NCBI GenBank assembly: GCA_021790115.1
Contig: JAJYIM010000003.1
Span: forward strand, 16,602-80,601
Direction: 5' to 3'
Length of the DNA: 64,000 nt
Source: Actinomycetes bacterium
Lineage (GTDB): Bacteria > Actinomycetota > Thermoleophilia > BMS3ABIN01
Part shown: positions 54,610 through 62,186 of the stretch, piece after piece
Layout of the letters: the number at the start of each line of letters is the position of its first letter
Numbering within the stretch: position 1 is the stretch's first letter
Notes under the pieces: generated by a model
Seen by the model: the letters and a program-made list of their open reading frames with translations, nothing else
Database searches by the model: none
Told to the model about the DNA's origin: nothing
Made by a program: the position numbers and the translations under genes

Positions 54610-55638
54610 TTAAACAAGCAACCCGCCCGTGGCCCTGGCTCCCATTGACAACCACTCCGGATGGGGAGCGTCAGGCAAAAATCTGGCGGCGCTGGCGATC
54701 ATGGCGGCGTTGTCCGTGCAAAGCTCCGGTGGCGGAATCCTCAAGCTGATGCCGCGTGAAGTACATTCCTGCCCCAGCCGCCGCCGCAGCACGGTGTTGG
54801 CGCTTACACCACCGGCAAGACAAATTTGACTGCAGTTCAGTGATCGGGCAGCGGCGATAACTTTTTTAACCAAGGCTGAAATTACTGCTTTTTGGTAGGA
54901 TGCAGCGATGTCAGCGCGGCGCCGCTGAACCATTTCCGCGCCGGCATCCCTCAGGTAATAGTAAAGGGCGGTCTTCACGCCGCTAAAACTGAAATCAAAA
55001 TTTCCGGCGCGGTCAAGGCCGATGGGAAAACTGGCAAAGGCGGGGTCTCCAGAAGACGCCAGGGCGTCCAGCGCTGCGCCCCCCGGGTAATCCAGGCCCA
55101 ACAGCCTGGCGCCCTTGTCGAGCGCCTCCCCGGCCGCATCATCAAGCGTTCGGCCTATCAATCTGAAATCACGTTCCGCGGCAACGTAAATCATTGAAGT
55201 GTGGCCTCCGGAAGCAATCAGGCATAAAAAGGGAGGCGATGCGGGCTCGGGCTGCAGATAATTAGCGGCGATGTGGCCTTCCAGGTGACTTACCCCGACC
55301 AGCCCGGCGCCGCATGCAAATGCGATCGCCTTGGCCGTGGCTACGCCAACCAGCAAGGCTCCGATCAGCCCCGGCCGCGTTGTCACAGCAAGGCGCCGGA
55401 TCTGCCCCAACTCCACGCCCGCTACGGTCAGCGCCTCGGCCACCACCAGATTTATCAGCTCGAGGTGGCGCCTCGAAGCTACTTCCGGAACCACACCGCC
55501 ATAACGGGCATGGAACCGGGTTTGCGAGGAAACAATGTTAGCCAGCAGATTATCCCCATCGAGAATGGCGGCGCAGGTGTCGTCACAGGAAGTTTCAATA
55601 GCCAGGATCAAGCCGACATGTCCTCTGAATCCTTCCAC
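54610..55638 (-). CDS. tsaD: tRNA N6-adenosine threonylcarbamoyltransferase
   Basis: LILAIETSCDDTCAAIL... Kae1/TsaD ASKHA fold, metal-binding HxxxH region. 342 aa. Confidence 0.9.
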   Translation of the reverse strand: MEGFRGHVGLILAIETSCDDTCAAILDGDNLLANIVSSQTRFHARYGGVVPEVASRRHLELINLVVAEALTVAGVELGQIRRLAVTTRPGLIGALLVGVATAKAIAFACGAGLVGVSHLEGHIAANYLQPEPASPPFLCLIASGGHTSMIYVAAERDFRLIGRTLDDAAGEALDKGARLLGLDYPGGAALDALASSGDPAFASFPIGLDRAGNFDFSFSGVKTALYYYLRDAGAEMVQRRRADIAASYQKAVISALVKKVIAAARSLNCSQICLAGGVSANTVLRRRLGQECTSRGISLRIPPPELCTDNAAMIASAARFLPDAPHPEWLSMGARATGGLLV

Positions 55639-56060
55639 ATGATGAGCGCATCCTCTCCATTATCACTGTAATAACCTTTGCGCAAGCCCGTGCAGATAAA
55701 ACCGAAACTCTCGTACATTTTAATGGCGCCGCGGTTGGACTTTCTCACTTCCAGCGTATAACCGCGGTGCTTTGCCTGGCCGCATAGCTCGAAAATCTGC
55801 TCCAGCAGCTCCGTGGCGATATATCTGCGGCGGTAACCTTTGTTAACGGCCAGATCGAGCAAATGCCACACCTCGACATACTGAGTGGCAATCGTATAGC
55901 CGACCACGCGGCCGTCAACTTCAGCCACCAGGCATATGCTTGCGTCTTTGGCAATCTGTGTTAAAAAAGTATTGGCGGACCAGGGCCGAGGGAAGGAAGA
56001 CTCTTCAATCTGAATAACTTCCTTCAGGTCAGCGAGGCGCATGGGCCTGATTATTGCCAT
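55608..56060 (-). CDS. rimI: ribosomal-protein-alanine N-acetyltransferase (GNAT)
   Basis: GNAT motifs ...VVGYTIATQYVEVWHLLDLAVNKGYRRRYIATELL... Sits between tsaB and tsaD. 150 aa. Confidence 0.85.
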   Translation of the reverse strand: MAIIRPMRLADLKEVIQIEESSFPRPWSANTFLTQIAKDASICLVAEVDGRVVGYTIATQYVEVWHLLDLAVNKGYRRRYIATELLEQIFELCGQAKHRGYTLEVRKSNRGAIKMYESFGFICTGLRKGYYSDNGEDALIMWKDSEDMSA

Positions 56061-56782
56061 GGCTGTCTCTTTCTCAAGAGTACGGTCTTGTCTGCGTCCG
56101 GCTCCCTGACGTACTCAGGGAGCACCTCCATAAGATCCTGCGGGCTGTACTTTTTTTTACATCCTGCTTCCGGTAAATGATGAGCCGCCTGCACCTGATG
56201 GCGCTTGTCCTGAGGCGGCAGCGCCTGAATAGCCGGCGCAGAATAAAAGATCTCCGGGTAAGCAAGCACGCCGTCGCCGGCGGCGACCATGGGGCCGGAA
56301 GCCGCCTTCGTGACAACTTCCACCAGATCTCCCGGATCCAAACAATAAATCTCCGAAAGCGGAGTAACCTTTCGGTTGTGCTTTCTGTAAATTTGGGCGA
56401 AAACCTGGCCGCGCCGGGCATTGATCGCCGCCATCAGCAGCGGCTGGCCCTGCAAGCCCGGGGAACCGGCCGCGCCAGCCGCAAGCGCTGCCAGCGAGCT
56501 TGACCCCTGAAGCGGAATACCGAGCGATTGGGACAACGCCCGGCAGGTTGCAATGCCAACCCTGAGGCCGCTAAAATTTCCCGGCCCGGTTCCGACGGCG
56601 ATAAACTCCAGCCGGCGGGCATCAATATTTTGCCGGCCAAGCAGCTGCTCGACAGCAGGAAACAGCATCTCCAGATGCGACCTGCCTGCCTCGAAAGAGA
56701 TGCTGCCAATTACATTTTCGCTATTGCCTAGCGCAATACTACAAATTTCAGTGGCGGTGTCAATGGCGAGTGCCAGCAACAA
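56051..56782 (-). CDS. tsaB: tRNA threonylcarbamoyladenosine biosynthesis protein TsaB (YeaZ)
   Basis: MLLALAIDTATEICSIALG... inactive Kae1-like paralog. 243 aa. Confidence 0.85.
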   Translation of the reverse strand: MLLALAIDTATEICSIALGNSENVIGSISFEAGRSHLEMLFPAVEQLLGRQNIDARRLEFIAVGTGPGNFSGLRVGIATCRALSQSLGIPLQGSSSLAALAAGAAGSPGLQGQPLLMAAINARRGQVFAQIYRKHNRKVTPLSEIYCLDPGDLVEVVTKAASGPMVAAGDGVLAYPEIFYSAPAIQALPPQDKRHQVQAAHHLPEAGCKKKYSPQDLMEVLPEYVREPDADKTVLLRKRQPWQ

Positions 56783-57230
56783 GCTCCTCCAGGCTTTTTT
56801 TCAGGTCTTCCCTGGGCCGCAAAAATGAAATGCGGCGGCTATGCTCATCAACATGCTCCAGCTTCACGACAACAGCCGGCTCTTCCAGAAAAAGCTTTGC
56901 CTGCTCCGGCCATTCGATAAAGGTAATGGCGTCCTTATCAAAGAAAGGCTCCAAATCAACAGCGTCATCAGCGTCAAAGCCGTCAAGCCGGTAGAGGTCA
57001 AGATGATGAATGGTTGCCCGGCCGGCATAGGTTTGAGCAATTGTAAAGCTGGGGCTGGTCACGAGCTCGCCAACCCCCAGTTCATGAGCGGCGGCCCTGA
57101 TAAACACGGTCTTGCCGGCACCAAGCTGACCGGAAACGAAAACAACGTCGCCTGGTTTAAGCAGCCGCGCCAGGCTGGCCGCCATTGCTGCCGTCACGGC
57201 CACGGAGCTTGAGACAATGCTCAACATCAA
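56760..57230 (-). CDS. tsaE: tRNA threonylcarbamoyladenosine biosynthesis ATPase TsaE (YjeE)
   Basis: Walker A VSGQLGAGKT, ...SPSFTIAQTY...HLDLYRL... 156 aa. Confidence 0.85.
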   Translation of the reverse strand: MMLSIVSSSVAVTAAMAASLARLLKPGDVVFVSGQLGAGKTVFIRAAAHELGVGELVTSPSFTIAQTYAGRATIHHLDLYRLDGFDADDAVDLEPFFDKDAITFIEWPEQAKLFLEEPAVVVKLEHVDEHSRRISFLRPREDLKKSLEELVAGTRH

Positions 57231-57937
57231 AACAGGCCCAGTTGCCCGCCACCGGCATCGTCTTTAATGCCCCCTTCCGCGCCGGTCTCACTTTCTGCCA
57301 CAGGTTTAGGATGCCTGCTGTCATCCTTCGGTCTTCGCCGGGCCGCCCCCCGCGCATTTGCCCCAATAATAACGGCGAGCCGGTCAAAATCTGCTTCCAG
57401 TCCTTTTAAGTTTGACGGCGAGTAAAGGGCGGCGGCCGGATGAAAGACAGGAAACAACAGCGCCGGCTGCTGAGGGCCGGGCATTTTCTGCAGGGCGCCG
57501 TGCACTCTGGAAATGCCATCCGGCCTGCCGCTCAGAAGCTTGGTGGCGAAGTTGCCTAAAGTGCAAATGACGCCCGGCCTGACCAGAGAGATCTGCCTCT
57601 CAAGAAAGGCCCGGCACTTTTCGATCTCGTCCGGCTGCGGATCACGGTTACCGGGTGGACGGCATTTTAGTACGTTAGCGATGTAAACATCACCGCGGCT
57701 CAGGCCCATCTGACCCAGCAGCCTGTCAAGCAGCCCGCCAGCCTTCCCCGCAAAAGGCTCGCCCAGCCTGTCTTCGTGGTAGCCAGGAGCCTCGCCCACA
57801 AACATCAGCCCGGCAGAGCAGCTGCCGGCGCCAAAAACAGTGTTGGTGCGGCTTGTGTGGAGTGAGCACCGGCGGCAGGAGCCGACCTCCTGCCGGAGCG
57901 CTTCCAGGGCGCCTGAGCGCGAGCGGGCGTCAGCCAC
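57227..57937 (-). CDS. uracil-DNA glycosylase, family 4 (UdgA-type, Fe-S)
   Basis: CRRCSLH...TNTVFGAGSCSAGLMFVGEAPGYHEDRLGEPFAGKAGGLLD...NVLKCRPPGNRDP...HPAAALY signature. The ORF opens at 58138, but that extension overlaps a bona fide FmdB gene. Start tentatively the GTG at 57937. Confidence 0.7.
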   Translation of the reverse strand: MADARSRSGALEALRQEVGSCRRCSLHTSRTNTVFGAGSCSAGLMFVGEAPGYHEDRLGEPFAGKAGGLLDRLLGQMGLSRGDVYIANVLKCRPPGNRDPQPDEIEKCRAFLERQISLVRPGVICTLGNFATKLLSGRPDGISRVHGALQKMPGPQQPALLFPVFHPAAALYSPSNLKGLEADFDRLAVIIGANARGAARRRPKDDSRHPKPVAESETGAEGGIKDDAGGGQLGLF

Positions 57938-58148
57938 AGCTGGAACAGGCGCTACTTGAACAGGAGCCGCAATTTTTCCCAGAGCTACCGCCAGCACCCT
58001 GGGACGAAAATGAAAACGAGGAGAGCAACCGGTCCAGCTCAGTCGAGCCGCAGGCAGGGCATGCCAACCCCGCCTCAGCATCGGGCGACCGAACCAGCTC
58101 TTCAAACCCGCTCTGGCAAGAGCGGCAATAAAATTCATAAATTGGCAT
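57930..58148 (-). CDS. FmdB-family zinc-ribbon protein (putative regulatory protein)
   Basis: MPIYEFYCRSCQSGFEELVRSPDAEAGLACPACGS... canonical FmdB CxxC...CPxCG signature. 72 aa with a Ser/Cys-rich tail. Confidence 0.75.
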   Translation of the reverse strand: MPIYEFYCRSCQSGFEELVRSPDAEAGLACPACGSTELDRLLSSFSFSSQGAGGSSGKNCGSCSSSACSSCG

Positions 58149-58364
58149 GATAATCTAACCTATGTTTTATCCTGCAAAACAAGGCGTTACTTAAATCGCC
58201 CCGCTCAATTTAACTCTAGTTTATAAAAATGGCCTTTGCAAGAATGCCGCCCGTGCATTATTCTTTTTAATAATGGTTTGAAGTAACCTTGAGTTTGGCA
58301 ATGCAGATCAATTCCAGCCAGCCAATGTCTGGTATCTCCCTGAGAACTGGAACGGAGGAAGACT

Positions 58365-59342
58365 GTGCAAAACGTCCTAAGCGAAAGTCCTTTCGGCGCC
58401 GGCGGCTTCGCCGGCTCACTCACCGGCCAAGATAAAGGTCGCACCAACCTTCCCCCGGGCACGGGCGCCTCTGGGGGGGCCACAACTGTAACCCGCACCA
58501 TTGCTGATATCCGCGCCAGGATGGAGGCGTGCGCAAAAGATGGTGTGCTTGTCGGCCTCGTGCCTACCATGGGATTTTTTCATGAGGGCCATTTGAGCCT
58601 GATGCGTGCCGCCCGCCCCGAATGCACGCTGGTGGTGGTAAGCATTTTTGTAAATCCGATCCAGTTTGGCGCCGGCGAGGATTTTAACACCTATCCGCGC
58701 GACTTTGACCGCGACTTTGAGATGGCCGCCGCCGCGGGCGCCGACATCATCTTTGCGCCGGCGGCAGCCGAGCTTTATCCTGACGCCTTTGACACTATGG
58801 TTGTGCCGGGAAACCTTGCCGAGGGCCTCTGCGGCGCCGCCCGCCCCGGACATTTCCGGGGCATTGCCACCGTGGTCGCCAAGCTGTTTAACATCGTCAG
58901 GCCCGGCATTGCCTATTTTGGCCAGAAGGACGCCCAGCAAGTCGCAGTGATCAGGCACATGGCCCGGGACCTGAATTATAATGTGGGAATCAGGGTATGC
59001 CCTACTGTCAGGGAGCCGGACGGGCTGGCAATGAGCTCCCGGAATATTTACTTAAGCAAAGATGAGCGCAGCCAGGCGTCCGTTCTTTACGAAGCATTGC
59101 TTGAAGCAAAGGCAGCCGCGTCCGCCGGCCAGACAAGCGCAGCCGGCATAAGGCGGCAGATAAAAAGAAAAATCGCCAGCCAATACCTGGCAGACCTGGA
59201 GTATGTCGGAATTGTAAGCCCCGATACACTGGAGCCTGTCTCTGAAATAAAGGCAGAAGTTCTGGCCGCCGTGGCCGCAAAGTTTGGCCGCGCCAGGCTG
59301 ATTGATAGCATGACCCTGTCACCGGGAGGAGACAATGCTTAG
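58365..59342 (+). CDS. panC: pantoate--beta-alanine ligase (with ~45-aa N-terminal extension)
   Basis: PTMGFFHEGHLSLMRAAR (HIGH-type motif), ...GQKDAQQVAVIRHM... GTG start with a GGAGGA RBS 8 nt upstream. 325 aa. Confidence 0.85.
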   Translation: MQNVLSESPFGAGGFAGSLTGQDKGRTNLPPGTGASGGATTVTRTIADIRARMEACAKDGVLVGLVPTMGFFHEGHLSLMRAARPECTLVVVSIFVNPIQFGAGEDFNTYPRDFDRDFEMAAAAGADIIFAPAAAELYPDAFDTMVVPGNLAEGLCGAARPGHFRGIATVVAKLFNIVRPGIAYFGQKDAQQVAVIRHMARDLNYNVGIRVCPTVREPDGLAMSSRNIYLSKDERSQASVLYEALLEAKAAASAGQTSAAGIRRQIKRKIASQYLADLEYVGIVSPDTLEPVSEIKAEVLAAVAAKFGRARLIDSMTLSPGGDNA

Positions 59343-59730
59343 AACAATGCTAAAAAGCAAGATTCATTGTGCCACGGTTACGGCTGCCAGAATTGAGTAT
59401 GAGGGCAGCATCACTATTGACCAGGATCTGCTCGAGGCTGCCGGCATCTTTCCGTATGAGCAAGTCCATGTCCTGGACCTGGATAACGGCGCCCGTCTGA
59501 CCACCTACGCCCTGCCCGGCGGTTCCGGCGAGGTCTGCATAAACGGCGCCGCCGCCCGGCTTGTAAGGACTGGCGACCGGGCCATCATATTGGCTTATGC
59601 ATCATTGCAACCCGGGGAGCTGGAAGAATTTGAGCCACTTGTGATCCGGGTGGATGAAAATAACAACCCTGTTTCAGCGGCCAAAATACAGCCGGCATTG
59701 AACCAGGCCCAAGGCAGGCTCCGGCAATGA
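59335..59730 (+). CDS. panD: aspartate 1-decarboxylase (pyruvoyl-dependent)
   Basis: MLRTMLKSKIHCATVTAARIEYEGSITIDQDLLEAAGI... Gly-Ser self-cleavage site. Overlaps the panC stop. Confidence 0.9.
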   Translation: MLRTMLKSKIHCATVTAARIEYEGSITIDQDLLEAAGIFPYEQVHVLDLDNGARLTTYALPGGSGEVCINGAAARLVRTGDRAIILAYASLQPGELEEFEPLVIRVDENNNPVSAAKIQPALNQAQGRLRQ

Positions 59731-60182
59731 CTGTAAAAAAGAAGCCTCAGGCTGGCGGCTCCGAAGGGGTGTACACTCATGAGCTTGAATATTTGCTGCG
59801 GGAAGAACTTGATCTTGCCGACATAACCGCCGGCGTTGCCGCGGCGGTAACAAAAAGTGGCTTCAACAGCGGCTCGGCAACGGTTTTCGTGCCGGGAGCT
59901 ACCGGCGCCGTCACTTGCCTTGAGTATGAGCCGGGAGTGATCGCTGATTTTAAAGACGCGCTGGAGCGGATTGCGCCGCGCTCCATGCAATATGAGCACA
60001 ACCGCTTCCAAGCCGACGGGAACGGCCATTCCCATGTGCGGGCCGGGCTCCTGGGGCCTTCGTTGGCCATCCCGTTTGTGGATGGGCAGCTGACCCTGGG
60101 GGTTTGGCAGCAGGTTACCCTGGTTAATTTTGACAACCGCAGCCGCAGGCGGCGGGTCATCGTTCAGGTCATCGGCGCCTGA
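59727..60182 (+). CDS. YjbQ/UPF0047-family protein (secondary thiamine-phosphate-synthase-like)
   Basis: ...YEHNRFQADGNGHSHVRAGLLGPSLAIPFVDGQLTLGVWQQVTLVNFDNRSRRRRV... matches the YjbQ signature. 151 aa. Confidence 0.75.
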   Translation: MTVKKKPQAGGSEGVYTHELEYLLREELDLADITAGVAAAVTKSGFNSGSATVFVPGATGAVTCLEYEPGVIADFKDALERIAPRSMQYEHNRFQADGNGHSHVRAGLLGPSLAIPFVDGQLTLGVWQQVTLVNFDNRSRRRRVIVQVIGA

Positions 60183-60190
60183 CTGTCACA

Positions 60191-61477
60191 GTGGCTCCCG
60201 TTCTCCAACTTGCACTTGATTTTCTCGACCTCCCCCGCGCCCTGGCCGTGGCTGCAGAAGCCGTCCGTGGCGGCGCAGACTGGCTGGAGGCAGGCACGCC
60301 GCTAATTAAAAGCGAGGGGCTGGAAGCAGTGCGCGAGCTGAAGCGCAGCTTTCCCGGCAGGGTGATAGTGGCCGACCTGAAAACGATGGACGCAGGCCGC
60401 TTTGAAATGGAATCGGCGGCAAAAGCCGGCGCCTGCATAGCCGGGGTCCTGGGCGCCGCTTCTGATGCAACCATCACTGAATGCATCGAAGTTGGCGGCA
60501 ATTACGGCCTTGAGATCATTGTTGACATGATTGAGGTGCCGGATCCTGTACAGCGCGCCCGCGAGGTGGAGCAGATGGGCGCCGATTATATTGGCATCCA
60601 TACCGCGATTGACCAGCAAATGCGCGGGGAAGCCCCCATGGACCTGCTGCGCCGGGTGAAGGCGGCGGTGGAGATGCCGGTTGCCGTCGCGGGCGGCATC
60701 AATTCAGAAACGGCCGCTGAAGCAGCCCGGGCGGGAGCCGATATCGTCATTGTCGGCGGAGCAATCATCAAGGCCGCCGATGCCGAAGCCGCGGCCCGCC
60801 AGATAAAGCAGGCGATATCAACAGGCAAAGGCGTAAAGACCACTCTCTACAAACGGGCAACGGTCAAATCGATTCGCACGGCGCTGGCGCATGTGTCCAC
60901 AGCCAATCTCTCCGACGCCATGCACAGAAGTGGAGATCTCCCCGGCTTAAAACCTGTCTTTCCTGGAATCCGGCTGCAGGGGCCGGCGTTGACCGTGAGG
61001 ACTTTCCCCGGAGACTGGGCCAAGCCGGTGGAAGCCATCGACCTTGCCCGCGAGGGAGATGTGCTGGTGATCGATGCCGGCGGTGCCGGCCCTGCTGTCT
61101 GGGGCGAACTGGCCACTCACAGCGCCCTCAAGCGCGGCCTGGCAGGGGTTATCATTATTGGCGCCGTCAGGGACACGCCGGAAATTCGCGAGCTTGGATT
61201 CCCCGTCTTTGCAAGCATGGTGACGCCCACGGCCGGGGAGCCAAAAGGGTTTGGAGAAATTGGTGTGCCAGTGATGGCCAGCGCCGTCAAGATCAATCCC
61301 GGGGATTGGCTTGTTGGCGATGACGACGGCCTGGTCCGCCTGCCAAAAGCAAAGGCGGCCGAGATTGCCAACCGGGCGATGGACGTGCTGGAGCGGGAAA
61401 ACCGCCTGCGGCGCGAGATAGAGGACGGCAGCACGCTCAGCCAGGTCGCCTACCTGGAAAAGTGGGAAAAAACCTAG
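60191..61477 (+). CDS. fusion protein: 3-hexulose-6-phosphate synthase/OMP-decarboxylase-like (HPS/KGPDC) domain + RraA-like (4-hydroxy-4-methyl-2-oxoglutarate aldolase / RNase E regulator family) domain
   Basis: N-terminus LQLALDFLDLPRAL...VADLKTMDAG...IGIHTAID...VAVAGGINSE (ribulose-phosphate-binding barrel, HPS-like). C-terminus ...TANLSDAMHR...VLVIDAGGAGPAVWGELATHSALKRGLAGVIIIGAVRDT... (RraA/MenG fold). 428 aa. Confidence 0.75.
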   Translation: MAPVLQLALDFLDLPRALAVAAEAVRGGADWLEAGTPLIKSEGLEAVRELKRSFPGRVIVADLKTMDAGRFEMESAAKAGACIAGVLGAASDATITECIEVGGNYGLEIIVDMIEVPDPVQRAREVEQMGADYIGIHTAIDQQMRGEAPMDLLRRVKAAVEMPVAVAGGINSETAAEAARAGADIVIVGGAIIKAADAEAAARQIKQAISTGKGVKTTLYKRATVKSIRTALAHVSTANLSDAMHRSGDLPGLKPVFPGIRLQGPALTVRTFPGDWAKPVEAIDLAREGDVLVIDAGGAGPAVWGELATHSALKRGLAGVIIIGAVRDTPEIRELGFPVFASMVTPTAGEPKGFGEIGVPVMASAVKINPGDWLVGDDDGLVRLPKAKAAEIANRAMDVLERENRLRREIEDGSTLSQVAYLEKWEKT

Positions 61478-61543
61478 CGCTTAATCAAGTTCAAGAACTT
61501 CATAAACATCTGCTTTGCGGCCGGCCGCAGTAAATAAAATACG

Positions 61544-61563
61544 CCTATTGAAATAGGCTCTAG
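61544..61563. repeat. palindromic CCTATTGAAATAGG(CTCTAG) motif overlapping the stop of the ANTAR regulator gene
   Basis: Perfect 5-N4-5 inverted repeat. Related copies at 53084-53102 (CCTATCGAAATAGGCTCTA) and 30572-30589 (CCTATCGAGACAGGCTCA). Confidence 0.5.
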
Positions 61564-62138
61564 AGGAAATCACTGGTTTCTACTATCATCCCGGCCAACT
61601 GGGCCATCTTCACATTGCGGCAGGAGCTTTGTTTCTGCAGCAGCTTGAAGGCTTCCTCCTCAGAAAGTCCCTGCCGTTTCATGATGATGCCCTTGGCCCG
61701 TTCCACCAATTTCCGCGTTTCCAGCGCCTCCTGCAAGGTGTCCACCTCTTTTCTGAGCCGCTGAAGTTCGCTGAAGCGGGAGGCCGCCAGGGCGATGGCG
61801 GGCCTCAGCGTTGCCTCCATGACGGGCTTTGTCAGGTAAGACGCTACCCCGATTTCATTGGCTTCCTTGACTAAATCTTCTTCGCTAAAGGCAGACAATA
61901 TGATGATCGGCATTGGCGTTTTTGTCAGTATGGCTTTGGCCGCGGCGAGCCCGTCCATTCCCAGCATTTTTATGTCCATGATAGCCAGATCGGGATTTGT
62001 CTTGGCCGCCATGGCGACCGCCTCGGAGCCTGTTTTGGCTTTTCCCACTACCTCATGCCCAAGATGCGCAAGCATCGTCTCCAAACCCATTGCCTCCAGC
62101 GCCTCGTCTTCGGCGATCAGTATTTTAAAGCTTTTCAC
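61560..62138 (-). CDS. ANTAR-domain response regulator (PdtaR/AmiR-like)
   Basis: Receiver domain ILIAEDEALEAMGLE...LAIMDIKMLGMDGL (phospho-acceptor Asp). C-terminal ANTAR ...LVERAKGIIMKRQGLSEEEAFKLLQKQS... 192 aa. Confidence 0.85.
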   Translation of the reverse strand: MKSFKILIAEDEALEAMGLETMLAHLGHEVVGKAKTGSEAVAMAAKTNPDLAIMDIKMLGMDGLAAAKAILTKTPMPIIILSAFSEEDLVKEANEIGVASYLTKPVMEATLRPAIALAASRFSELQRLRKEVDTLQEALETRKLVERAKGIIMKRQGLSEEEAFKLLQKQSSCRNVKMAQLAGMIVETSDFL

Positions 62139-62186
62139 GGCTAAGCGTCTCCCCCGCCCTGTTGACTAACTGGCGCACGTAAGCGT

